DNA of 64,000 bases from Azolla caroliniana (Eukaryota; Plantae; Polypodiophyta): contig JBHGNT010000012.1 in assembly GCA_043228905.1 (NCBI GenBank), positions 16,058,001-16,122,000 of the forward strand. The letters run 5' to 3'. Made by a program: the position numbers and the translations under genes. Shown one piece after another: positions 49,360 through 62,174 of this stretch (the first letter of the stretch is position 1; each line of letters begins with the position of its first letter). Below the pieces are notes generated by a model that did no database searches, had not been told where the DNA came from, and worked only from the letters and a program-made list of their open reading frames with translations.

Positions 49360-50420
49360 GGAGTAAGTTTTAGTGCTCGTTAAGGTAAATTCTCGATGAC
49401 CTAGGCAACCAAAGATAGGCTAACGAGAGGGTATGCATTCCTCTCACTCATAGAGAGACAATGCCACCAGACATACTTTCAAGAGCCTCAGACTAAGGGA
49501 TGTCTCTTCAACTCATTAGTGACCCCTTCACTCATGTATGCATTAGTAGTATGGGCTCCTAGTCTACCGTCCTTCATGTGGACACAATTAGAGAGACCTT
49601 TGGTGATGATGTTATCACGTCAACTCCGAAGCAAATCGATAGTACCACATGACATTATTAGAGCAAAGTTCAGTGTGCCCCCAATGTTAGTAGAAGCACT
49701 CTTCCAATTGGTAGTTTTTATTCATATGATACATAGCCAACCACAAGATAGGATATCTCGTCAAGCTTTTGAGGCATCCTGATCCCTATATGAGTCCGGA
49801 GATAGTAGCTCTTGGTATAGCATTGTAGTGTGGTTGGTTACTTGCAAATGGCATAGACATTAATAACCTACCTCCCCTTAAGTACAACCATGGGACTGGT
49901 CTAACTTTAATCTCTCATGAGGACCGTAATAAAGTAATACGTCAAGAAATATGGCAAATTTATACACGAGATAAATGGATCACCCCACGAGAACCACTCC
50001 CATCTAAAATGTTGTACTATAAGGAACACTTCATGCACTTCTCTAAGCTAGGTTTTATTACACAACTAAAATATCTAGATACATTCTTGACATATGCACT
50101 AAGGGTGGCCATTGGACAACTTAGGATATCATCTCACCAACTTGAGATTGAAAATGGTCGTACTAATGGAGTTCCTAGAGAGGAAAGGCTATGTAGGTTA
50201 TGTCACATAGAGATAGAGGATGAGTATCACTGTACATGCAAGTGTCCAACTTATGCCGAGATAAGGGTGAAATACCAAGACATAATAGGACCCTCTCCCA
50301 CCCTCTCCAAACTATTAGATACCCCGGATATAAAGAGACTAGGTAGGTATATCTTAGAGCTAAAACAACCTAGGGAGGAAAAACTACAAAATGTTGACCA
50401 TAATCATTTTAATACTCACC
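47757..50420 (+). pseudogene. LINE ORF2 remainder (end of endonuclease, RT, C-terminal Cys/His motif)
   Basis: ORF-track pieces 48116-48772, 48736-48924, 48851-49261, 49519-49782 and 50009-50569 carry non-LTR RT motifs; an (AT)n expansion sits at 49312-49356. Confidence 0.85.
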
Positions 50421-52598
50421 AACATGTAACTAATACAATTTTTCAGGAACAAGGGGAGACGATGTGGACACACCTACACCACTCGGCCTCTCTCTTGAGG
50501 AAGCAGAAATGCAAAGAACAACCAAACGCCCTCGGATGTCGGGCTTCAAAGCAACTCGGCGTGGAGTAGAAACAATTAAGAAGATAAGGGAAAGTGAGCT
50601 ACACCTCCTAACAGCTATGGTTGTAGTATCTTTTACATTGGGACCACGGGCCACCTCCAAATCGAAACCCTTTGACCTCCCGCTTCTTTTCGAGAGACTT
50701 GGATGGAAATGAAACTAGGTCTAGTATAAAGTCATTTCCTTATAGAACATGTTTTTTTTGCTAGAACCCTTTATCTTACATTTTTTTTAATTTTTAATTT
50801 TTAATTTTTTTAATTTTTAATTTTTTTAATTTTTACTTTCGATGAATGGGTAAATACCCCCTTTTTTTCCAAAAAATAAATACCCCATTTTTATTGTAAA
50901 CCAATTGTCTCATGGATCAATTTTGGTCTTAGAAGACATTAATATTTCTTTCCTTCTTTCTTTCTCAATCATCCCTCATATTAGTAAAATATGTGGGCTC
51001 AACAATTTTGGTGTTACATGGTGTAATGGTATATGATCTGTGGACCCATATTGGTAGTATGGGCAATTTTAAATGGAGAAGGATCAATGGCTAGTCATTG
51101 TCGTACACAAGACGGGCTTGGGAAGGATAATCGCTTCCTTTTCATCTTTTTTGTATTTTGTAGCTGATATGCCTTTTTAAAACTAACGAAAGGATATGTT
51201 GTTTAGAAAAAATAAAAAAGAAGAAGGGAGAACTATGAAATATTGGATATAACCGTAATTGTGGGGGAAGATGAAGGTGAAATTTTACATCATTGATTTT
51301 TCCATTAATGACAAAATGACCTAACAGTTGATAATCAAATTTGGCACATACTTTGGTAGTCTTTATATGACATCATAATAACCATATTGGACCTCCAACT
51401 TGAAAGGTGGATGGAAGTTGACGTCAAGCTGCATTGGACTTGTGTGCTACTTGAGCTTCCTGTAGATGATTGGAAAGTTCCACCTAAATTTGTAGTCGAG
51501 GATTTGTTGGTAATTCAAGATCTTCGAACAAACACCATCGAGGATAGTAATAACCTGTGTATCCATAGAATGGGTTAACCCTATTAGAGGAATGTATAGT
51601 ATTATTTATATGCAAGTTCTGCAAAATGCAATATATCAACTCAATTATCTTATTGGTAACTAATGAGGCATCGAAGATATTGCCCCGATGTTTGATTGTA
51701 TGCTTTGTTTGACAATGAATTTGTGGATGATAGCCTAAGGAGATTTTGAAGGAGACTTTGAGAATGGTAAATGCTTCGAAATTTTAGATATAAATTGTGG
51801 TTCACGATCACTAATGACGTTATATGGAAAACCATGGTGATGAAATACTTCCTGCCTTGACTAGATTTATTGTTTCCCACTAGCGATATATTTAGTGCAT
51901 CTTGTATTTGGTATACATACTTGTGTTGATCTCTCTTTCTCATATACCTTATCTCTCACACAAATAACATACCTAATACATATATTTCATCTATCTCTTG
52001 AATGTTGAACCACCATTTAGTTCTTTGAAATCTTAAAACATGTTATAACTATTTATAATTCATTGTTTGACTTTAAATGGCTTATCCTATATGATGAATA
52101 TAAGCACTTTCTTTGAAATCAATATCAAGTATTTAATCTATAATGTAGTATGCAACACATTGATATGCAAACATATCAAACATAAGTGGTGTCAATGTTT
52201 AATGATATAGAATGCATTTATTGGAGAAATGTGTCTTAATTAAAAGAGACCTTAATTTGAGAATGATCTAATTATTTGTAAAAGCATGGAATTTGTTGTG
52301 ACATTTTAACTATTAGTTAATTTGTAAATTATATTGGTATTCTTATCAAATGCCATGGAAAAAGTTGGAAATTTAAAGGGTGCTAGACTACTACTCTCTT
52401 GTAAACCAAGCAACACTATGCATAATACCATCCCATTTTGATCATGGATGGGCATGGGCATGGGTATAATTGTGAGTTATGGATGTCATACGACATGATG
52501 ATGGATGTGGGTTATAGATGGGGAAAACTGACACTTTTAAAAGTTCTCGAACTTGGGTTGAAATTTCGCATTTGGAAAACAACAGTCATCAAAGCTTC

Positions 52599-52908
52599 CC
52601 AAAAGCAAATCATCCTTTGTGATTGATGATGGGAGGAGATGTACTCCTTCAAGATTTTACTTCATCCAAATTCTTGACATCATCAACAAGGTCATTTTAA
52701 TACACTCTAGAATGACAATGGTCGCGTGCCCTCTATGTGATTAGTCCTCTTGCTTACCAAAAGCAAATCATCCTTTGTGATTGATGGGAGGAGATGTACT
52801 CCTTCAAGATTTTACTTCATCCACATTCTTGACATCATCAACAAGGTCATTTTAATACACTCTAGAATGACAATGGTTGCGTGCCCTCTATGTGATTAGT
52901 CCTATGCT
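52599..52908. repeat. Tandem duplication of about 158 bp
   Basis: CCAAAAGCAAATCATCCTTTGTGATTGATG starts at 52599 and again at 52757. Confidence 0.9.
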
Positions 52909-54339
52909 TTTGCATGGGATCTTGCCCATGTGGTATTGACGCATAACATACATCGAAATTAGTCAAAATGACTATAGCCAATTATCTCCTAGTACCCTCA
53001 CAATTACTCTATTAATATCTTGCTCTCAAACAACTACATTGGGAAATAAGAGGAGTGTACTTGTGTGTATCTACTTATATATGTTCCTACTTTAGGCCAA
53101 CTATCTCATGCATAGCCACTAGGAACATGCAACATTTATGGGCCTCCATCAAGGTGGTTACCATTTTGGTGTGTCTGCATAACATCATCAATTGATGTTC
53201 TCACCTTTGAATTTGGAACTCCTACATTTCGTTATTGTAAGGTGAAGAATTGAGGGACAATCAATTACTGTTCGCCCCATGCATTGTGTGCTCATCACAT
53301 GTTTATGACATATTCTCCTTGAAATTTGCTTATCGATGTCCAAGTTTCAACGTATGCATCCCAAAATAATGCTTCCCTTTCAAAAGTAATGCTTGACTTT
53401 CTAGCCAATGCAATTTGTACTCTTTTGGGTTGTAACGTTTCAACAACTTTGAATTGATGATGAAAATGATTTATTGGAATGACATTATCGTTGCAGCAAT
53501 TTTAAATCATAATCGAAAATTCCACTGTGCAAATTGGGGCATTAAATTTTGATAAGATTTAAACGGTCCAACAACTTAAAGTAATTATGAATATTTTCAA
53601 AATGTATCCTGTGTTCATGAAAGAAGGGACAACATTCATGAATATTCGAAAGCATCCCCATTCAAGCGATATTATTGTTAAAAGTGCTTCAATGCTCAGG
53701 CTAGGCTAAATCTCTCGATCCTAAAGTTTGAGGCCATGGTTTTTCAGGATCCTAAGAACTTCGTTGTTAAAAAGTGGAAGGCCCCTTTTCTAGACTTCTT
53801 GCACTCCTGTCCATTATATATAGATAGATAGATATATCCAAAAGTGAGGCCCTCTATCATAAAAAGGTTGTTTAATTTATCACAATAACTAAGGTATCAA
53901 TATATGTCCCAACATTTAAGGTATTACGTATGGATAGGGCGGGAAGCTATAGAGATAAGGTAAAAAAATAGCTTATGGAAAAATAGCCCCTCACTTTCAC
54001 AAAGATATATAGATAGATTTATCATTTTATTATCATTCTCAAAGGGTGAGGGAACACATCACGGTGAGAAATTAAAAAACGTAAATTGACGTATAATCTG
54101 GCAATGATTCATTAGAAAGCATTTAGAATGCACACACTCGAGGATGAGGAATAGAGGGGGAGAGGGGTGGGCTTAAGAAACACACACACATCACCAACGC
54201 GAGGACGAGCGAGGGTTGAATAAGGTAATATAGTTCTCATAAACATAAATCGGCCTAATGTGAGATGAATAGCGAGGTATTGAGTGGAAAAAAGGCCTCG
54301 ATAAATAAGTCGAAGGTATTGTGTCAATAGATAATATAG

Positions 54340-54442
54340 GAGTAGTGTGATGACTTGGATAAGTACTCATTTTTTTGTAAACCAATTGTCTCATGGGCCA
54401 ATGTTGACCTTAGAAGATGTTAATATATCTTTCTTTCTTTCT
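54340..54442 (+). mobile_element. Short copy of the LINE 3' end
   Basis: TGTAAACCAATTGTCTCATGGGCCAAT..AGAAGATGTTAATAT followed by a (TTTC)n tail, as at 50890-50966. Confidence 0.65.
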
Positions 54443-55648
54443 ATCGGTCTTGATAGATCTCAACTGCCCGTCTGAACGACCAACAGTTTGATGGACCTAT
54501 TGTGTTTGTTACAGATAGTGTTGGCATATCTCACTATCGGTCGAGATAGATCAATCGACTAGCCAACAAACAGCTGGAATAGCCTATTGTGTTGATAAAT
54601 GTAGTAGCATCATATCTCTCTATATGTCGATTGGTTTATTTATCAATTGACCGACCAAAAGCTAGACTTATCTATCTATCTATATAATAGATCAATCGAC
54701 CAACAAACAATTTGACTTATATTATGTATCTATCTCTATCTAGCTTATTGACGAGCGATCTATCTATCAATTCTATCCATCCATCCATCGACTGCCTGGC
54801 CGATCGATCACAATCAATCAATTTGTCAATTCCATCTATTCATCGATTGAGTTGATCGATCGACTGACTGACCGAGCCGACGATGGATCGGTCAATTGGC
54901 GGTTGGAGGGGGGCAATATAACAATATGCAAGTCTCTTCGGAGGTTGTTTTTACTTAAGAAAAGCAAAATTTTACCGACAATTATGGAGGAAGTTGCCTC
55001 TGTTCACAGTCTCCTTCATCTCAAAAGACCGATATGGAGATATCAGCACCCTTGGTCCCTTGCCCCATGACCCTGACCATTTCTTTTGTATATAACACTA
55101 TCATCAATGTACCTACCAAGCAAGAATTTTCTTTTCCTTTTTGCCGCTGCATCAAATGATGAATCGTAGGCTTCATACAGACGAAAGACGAGCAGTCTGA
55201 AGTTGGATTCGAGGGATATAGCCCTTCCCGGGTGCTTTTCTTAATACTAACGAAGGAAATCTTACTCTCTCGGACGATTGAGGTACATTTCTGTATATGT
55301 AGCCGTCCGAGAGCTTTTCTGTATCTGTAGCCCTTCCGACAACTTTTCTTAATACTAATGAAGGAAATCTTTTGGTAAAAAGAAAAAAGAACAAGAGAAA
55401 GCTTAGTATTTTTATGAGTAAAAAAAGGTCCCCCAAAACAAAACAAAACTTAAGCTTTTTTCTCTATTTTAGAGATTAGCTAGGCTTAGCTAGCTACATA
55501 TAGATAGAATAGAATATAGATAGATAGATTACATACATACATATAAATATATGTATAGATGAAAGCAGGAGGAAGAAAGGAGAAGGAAATACACAGACAG
55601 ACAGACAGACAGAGATCGAAGGAAAGAAAGAAAAAGAGAGAGAGATTA

Positions 55649-55837
55649 ATGGGGTTGGGAGAGTTCATCAAGGCGAGGTATGAGAAGCTGAAGGAGAAGA
55701 AGAGCAAGTGGAAGTACAGGAAAGTGGATCCCACCAACAGCATGCGTGTGGAGGCCAGCAGCAAACTGGCGAGGAAGATCATCCAAGAAACCCTCAAGGC
55801 CGCCGATTCCCCTGGCAAGATCGCTCTTTCTGTCTGA
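55649..55837 (+). CDS. Small basic uncharacterised plant protein (62 aa)
   Basis: MGLGEFIKARYEKLKEKKSKWKYRKVDPTNSMRVEASSKLARKIIQETLKAADSPGKIALSV. GC3-rich codons in an AT-rich context and a GA-rich leader. The C-terminus recalls a land-plant small-protein motif (SMRVE..S..ARK.I.ETLK.ADSP), from memory and not searched. Confidence 0.75.
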   Translation: MGLGEFIKARYEKLKEKKSKWKYRKVDPTNSMRVEASSKLARKIIQETLKAADSPGKIALSV

Positions 55838-55929
55838 AATTCCATCCATCCATCCATCCACGGCTCTATCGATCGATCCATCTTTCTTTATTCTATAATA
55901 TATATATATATATATGTAAATCCTTCCTG

Positions 55930-56192
55930 TCTTCTTTCTTTTCTCTGAGTTTGTTTGAATCTCCTCCAAACAATCGATGGTTTAATCCTTTTTTATTAAA
56001 TCCTTTTTTCAAATTTCTTCCATCACTTCTTTTCTCTGAGTTTTGTTTGAATCTCCTCCAAACAATCGATGGTTTAATCCTTTTTTATTAAAATCCTTTT
56101 TTCAAATTTCTTCCATCACTTTCTTTTCTCTGAGTTTGTTTGAATCTCCTCCACAATCGAAGGTTTAATCCATTTCAAATTTCTTCCATCAC
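55930..56192. repeat. About 90-bp tandem repeat, 3 copies, downstream of the small gene
   Basis: TTTTCTCTGAGTTTGTTTGAATCTCCTCCA.ACAATCGA.GGTTTAATCC..TTTCAAATTTCTTCCATCACT. Confidence 0.85.
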
Positions 56193-56489
56193 TGTTCATC
56201 AATCAATCAATGAATCAATCAGTTCTTCCTTCTTTAAGGTGTTCACCTTCCCTTTGTAATTCTACCCCAAAAACCTCGCCCTTTTTTTCTTTGTCTTCAT
56301 TCTGTCTTTCTTCCTTCCTTCCTTTCTTCTTGATCATCTTCATGTAAATCTTTACAGTCTCGAAAATTTGTTCCATCTTCATCATCATCATCATTCATGG
56401 CTTTAGACTACTTTTTCTTTGTTTTCTGTATCGAAACAAGATTTCCAGTCTTTAATTCTTATTCAAATCCCTAACCACACAATCAATCA

Positions 56490-56703
56490 TGATCCTACTC
56501 CCTAATCTCTCATCACATGTGATTCTTAGAATCAATCATGCATGTTCCTAATTAACTGGTCACTTAATTTAGCTTGTTTCTTAGCGAAACAAATCCGAAA
56601 TGCTGGGTTTAATCATCCTACTCCCTAATCTCTAATCACATGTGATTCTTAGAATCAATCATGCATGTTTCTAATTAACTGGTCACTTAATTTAGCTTGT
56701 TTC
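56490..56703. repeat. Tandem duplication (period about 123 bp)
   Basis: ATCCTACTCCCTAATCTCT..CACATGTGATTCTTAGAATCAATCATGCATG occurs twice. Confidence 0.85.
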
Positions 56704-57091
56704 TAAGTAACTTAACTCACTTAATTTAGCTCTTACAACAGTCTAAATTTGTTCTAGACAAGACTTTTGGCTGGTGAAGATATCAGAACTCTAATCTTGG
56801 TTAATATGTTCTAAAGTCAAATTCATCGGAATTAAGCTTAATTGTAACCATAAAACTCTTCACTGTCTCTATATAACTATACCAGAATCATATTGTTTCA
56901 CTTGGCGTAATTGTGGTACAAACCAAGTTAATGGAGGATGATATTACATCATTGCTTCAATCCTAATTTAATGCAAATTGGTTTATATAATCATCGCAAA
57001 ATAATCCTTTTGACTAGTTAATTGTTTTCCAAGTTATAGGTTCAATCCTAAACATGTGCTACAAATTACAGTGCTCTCATCATAATCAGAA

Positions 57092-57310
57092 GTTAGCTTA
57101 TGCTAATTATTCCCTTGTCTTGACCAAAACTTTTGTTTTGGATTTGAATTGTAATTATTATGATTTCTATTTAATCATAAGTTAAGCTTATGCTAATTAC
57201 TCCCTTGTCTTGACCAAAACTTTTGTTTTGGATTTGAATTGTAATTATTATGATTTCTATTTAATCATAAGTTAAGATTATGCTAATTACTCCCTTTTCT
57301 TCACCAAAGC
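57092..57310. repeat. About 89-bp tandem repeat (about 2.4 copies)
   Basis: GCTTATGCTAATTA.TCCCTTGTCTTGACCAAAACTTTTGTTTTGGATTTG repeated. Confidence 0.85.
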
Positions 57311-60300
57311 TTTTTATTGGATTCAGACTTCTATGTATGGCTAATTCTGATCTTGCATGATTGTTATCCTTCCTAAGTTCCATGAGATTATAGAGAGACA
57401 CAATTCAAGTGTGACCAGTTAACGTTAAATCCTCGAATTCATTCGATTTGCATCTACTTCCATGTCTATACCATGATCAATATCCACCACATGGTTAACT
57501 TGAATTTGATTGTGCCACAACATTGGGTTATCTTGTTAGTTTGAGATGGATCAGATTAATCTTGGTTAATTTGATCTTAGATTGTAGAAAAAAAAAAAAA
57601 CATGATTAATTGTGATGCCACTCTTATCATAGTTGAACCTGAACCACGATATGATTAATCCTAATTCCGTTGGATTGCATGGTGTACTTTAATAATTTGA
57701 TTTTGGATTGATTGAATCAAAATTGTTACCATTAATTGCTTGGTTTTAATTTAGAACAAAGACCTTGTACTAATCTCGCAAGATTAGGATTAATTCTTCT
57801 TCTTCATTTTTAGTGCTTATTATTTTATTATTTTCCAAAAAAAACTCCTTCCATTAGATATAAAATTTTACAAATGAGACTCATTTTTAGTGTTTATTGT
57901 GAAAGCCTTCTTTCCTTCATCTTCATTTGTTTTAACTCTTTTAAAAACATTAAACATAACTAGCAAACAATATACTCTTCTCTTTATCTCCAATTATTTT
58001 TAAATCTTTTTAAAACATTAAACATAACTGAGAAAACAACGTTAGGATTAGTTCTTAAAACAACATTAGGATTAGTTCTTCAGATTTAGTGTTTATGGTG
58101 AAAGCCTTCTTCTCTTTATCTCCATTTGTTTTTTTAACTCTTTTTAAAATATTAAACATAACTGACAAAACAACATATGCATGATGTGGGGGGTGGTGGT
58201 AGTCAAAACTTGCATGCACATGCCACCACAGTTCAGACATGCTTAGGGTTTCTCTATTAAATGGATATTTCATGGCATAGGAATTTTTTGTTTGTTTAAT
58301 CACTTCGTAGATCATTCATGTAACCCGTTCTTGTCACGGCATGAGAAATTACTACGTAGATTGTGTGGTAATGTTCTCTAGGACCATCTAATATAGTAGA
58401 TTGTGTGCAATTGTTCTCTAGGCCCATAATCTATGGTAGGGCCATCTATTGTAGATTGCCAATGCACTAATGATGACCTCTAGTGACAAAGCTCTCAAAA
58501 GAACCACATATTCCCTTTCTCTTTCTCTCTCCATACAATGTAAGCTCCAAATCCTCCTCTTGAGTGGTACTTCCTTGTGCCATGTAAAGTTCTTAACCTT
58601 TTTGGTAGACAAAAGTCGTATCTATATTTGCTTCGGCACACGATTATCATGAGAAAAGCCTCGCGACTCGTGATATGGGAGCATGTTTCAACCATGACAT
58701 CGATGATTGAGAGATTGGTGCGTGTCTCTAGAAGTAACCCCCATGTCAATATTTACGTAGTCCTCTGAGTTTGTTCATATTGTACATGGATGATGGATTA
58801 TCGATGTGGAGTGACCAAGTGTCAGTCCATTTCATCAAGAAATGACTCCATGATAATTGCTGCTTTTCATCTCATTGGAATGAGCGCACTATCGACGAAT
58901 TAGGTGAGGAGTCATAAATGTGTTTCGACACTTTTCGTTGGGTTGTAAATGCATGTGGGATGGGTACTCCCATTTCTAACATAAAAGGTATCGATCATTG
59001 AATGCATGTGCAATCAATGATAACGAGGATTTCAATTGAGTAATATATTACATGTTTTGCATATATACTAAAAACTTGCTTTCGAAACAAGTCACTGATA
59101 GACGAGGATTTCATTTGCATGTTCCACATATATACTAAACAATTGCATTGGAATCATTATGATAAATTGTTGGGATTCGAGAAAGTAGTTGCATCTGTCC
59201 TCATAACTAAGTGTGGGTTAGAATGGCTTTAAATTTCTATAATGGAAGCCAATTTGAATGTCACTACATAGTCAATCTAATTTTCTACCTTATTTTTACA
59301 CAAATGTTTCTAGTAGGTGGTTGAATTTAAATGGAAAAATTATGTAGTAAAATTCAATGACTTGGCTTTACCATGGATTTGCATTTTGGCATGCAAAAAC
59401 AACACATTGGGTTGTTATTGTCTAACAAGGAGCTAAAGGTAAAATGGATGACTCTCTTCTTATGAAAGACTTTTGTTTGCATAATGCATTTAGCCTTTGC
59501 TGTTAGCTATGTTTTCAACTTATAGAAATAGCACCAACAAAGATTGTATGCTAAACCACAATTGGCCTCTATATAATCATATAAAATCTTATAACTAAAC
59601 TCACAGAAGCCTTGATTCGTGGGTTGATTCTCAAGTAATATTTTGTGGTTACCGCATGGTGTGAGTTTGAAACCTACAACATGGCCATTGTAATGCAAAC
59701 CAAATTTGTTCCAAATGGGTAGATCAATAGATTTTTCTCTCTCTCTAGCCATGTGCTTTATTTGCATGGGTGATTGAACGATAATTTGGGACTATTTTGG
59801 AACCATGATTAAGGTTGATTACATTATGGCTTTACAACATTGACATGAATATTTTTCTCGGACACAATAATGTTGACCTTGGAAATGTGATGTTAGCAAA
59901 TGAAATATCCTCTCAAAATTATAGTGTTTTTGCTATGCAAAGGTAAAGATATACCTCTTGTACTTTTAATTTTAGATCGTACACATTGACCTATCACTCC
60001 TATAAGAATGGCTTTACACCATTGACATTATTATTTCTCGTCGAACACAAGTGGATACAAGTGCATTACCTTTAGAAAGTAATACAATATATTCAACAAA
60101 CTTACATGTCATAGAAGACTTTCTTTTCATTAAAAACTTTGGTGAGCATATATACATACATCATACATATATGTACATGATACCTATAGAGCATACACAT
60201 ACATACCTACAAAACATAAAATTTATGATACAGGTTGAATATGCCTTTAATATATTGTAGACAAAGGGCAAGTTATACTGGCACGATCTTGCCCCATCAT

Positions 60301-60528
60301 CCACCTCTATAAAAGACAAAAGAAGAGTGTAAAGAAGAAAGCACCCTTACACTAATCTAATAGTGATATTAGATAATGCATGCCGTACAAAAGCGTGAGA
60401 AAAAGAGTTGAGTTTGACTCTGTTGCCATCAAGTAGCTGTGTTTTCTTTATGTGCGTTGATTCTCCCTTAATATCATGTATTAAGTGTTTTCCGTTATGC
60501 TATATTAAGCAATTAAACTCTTTACATT

Positions 60529-60676
60529 TGTAAGGAATTGGGTATGATTCTTGTGTAGCAGAAGAGATATGTGTTATGTGTATGTGTCATAGAATATGAT
60601 TCCTGACCTTTGAGTAATCATAGATTCTCAAAAGGTGTGTTCACACGTTGCACTATGTTGAGATTGATTCTCAACA
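60529..60676 (-). mobile_element. Miniature (148 bp) copia solo LTR
   Basis: TG..CA termini, perfect TSD ACATT; both ends match the reverse complement of LTR 63161-63593. Confidence 0.8.
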
Positions 60677-60902
60677 ACATTGAATAAAGTTGAACCGTAC
60701 AATTGTCTTTGCTACCTCTAAGTGTACCCTATATCCAATACTTCTTGACCTTGTCAACCACCATAACAATGTTTCCAAGAACCACGTTTCCTCTTAACCA
60801 CTATACACATAAATTTCTATGTCTAAAACTGACATGATTGACTCCGTTGTCGAAAAATATTTACTTCATAAGTAGAAATTCTAATTGAAAACAAAATGTT
60901 TG

Positions 60903-61306
60903 TATTACGGGCATGTCCATAAATTATCCCGTGGTAAGATTGTTGCGGGATTAAATGTGAGGGTTAAATGAGAATGTAAAGAAGGGAGGATTACTTTTAA
61001 TCCTCGAAATTGAGACAACCTATTAAGGACAAGTGTGAACTTGCATGGGGGGCTTAGATCTGGCTATAAATATGAGGCCTAGCTACCATCATTTGACACA
61101 TGATCGACTACGTCGAGACTCTGATCTTGTGGTGATCAACTCTTGTAGCAAGTGCACCAACACCAAGTACGACTCGATGTGGGACGCCGATTGGGGCTTG
61201 AGTCTGTCTCAAGGCTGGATCAGCACCCTTCTTTCTCTCTCTCCTTTCTTTTCTATCTATCTATTATTTCCTTATCATATGCTTACATTAGGATCAAGCT
61301 CTAACA
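60903..61306 (+). mobile_element. Solo LTR of the Gypsy B family
   Basis: Homologous to 20499-20950; perfect TSD GTTTG; starts with TA rather than TG. Confidence 0.88.
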
Positions 61307-62062
61307 GTTTGACTCCAAATATGACTTGGGTGTATAAGATCAAAGGTTCAAATTGATCACAATTCAAGATTGTTTCACCAAAATATCCAAAGATCAGAGT
61401 GAACCCCTTGAAAAATTAATAATATCAAGCAACTCTAGCTCAATTAATGGAATTGTTCCACGTGTTACATGGGGTCTCTTGTTTGAATATTTAATGTGAG
61501 GTAAAAGCATTGGATATGAATGTGTATGATGCATCCACATTAGACCTTTGTAAAGTCCACTGAAAGATCAATAAACACAAATTTGGTTGGTTTAATATTG
61601 GTGCATTGCATCCATGCTATGTGGTAGCATGTGAATTACATACAATGTTTATTCAAGAGGTAGCAATATGCATCTTTTGATTGTAAGAGGGAGAAAAAGG
61701 GAAATTGGTCAAGGGGTTCAAGGAGAAAAGTTATGGATATACTACTGAATTTGTATTTCAAGATTTCAATATTTAGGGTTAGGGTCTCACTACTCTATAT
61801 GGTACTTATATATATTAATAATTTAAGCAAATCGTTGATTTTCCTACACTACCCTATCTATCCATTTTTTGTATTCTATTTAGCTACTCACTATCTTCTT
61901 ATTTCTTGCAATCTATATTTCATTTTCTTTCCTGTTCTTTGTATCTCCCCTCATTCACAACCATAATAGTTCTAATAAGCTGGTCACAAACTTTATGACA
62001 AAGTAACCAGTTAGCCCAAACACTAGCTATCTATTTGTTTCCAACCTTATATTTAGCAAGTT

Positions 62063-62116
<54 letters not shown>

Positions 62117-62174
62117 CAATATATATATTTCATTTTCTTATTGGTTGAAGGTAGAACCTACCCTCTATTGTTAT

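Larger units (their letters stand above)
39240..50966 (+). mobile_element. Degenerate two-ORF LINE (RTEX-like), interrupted by two LTR insertions
   Basis: ORF1 at 39647-40414; ORF2 endonuclease (LWNCN at about 40490, ICY|IPPKGS), RT (PIHKGGDPMDPNTYRTI, GFRRAFSTIDH, CFVDFHKAFD, GVQQGFPLSPTLF, LLYAHD), C-terminal SSHQLEIENGR..PREERLCRLC..EDEYH; (TTTC)n tail. The 5' boundary is approximate. Confidence 0.85.

Noticed and set aside
51000-53700. Possible decayed transposase or gene
   Set aside because: No protein motif could be recovered by eye on either strand.
55559-55648. Upstream in-frame extension of the small ORF
   Set aside because: GA/GACA low-complexity sequence typical of a 5' UTR; the ATG at 55649 is the better start.
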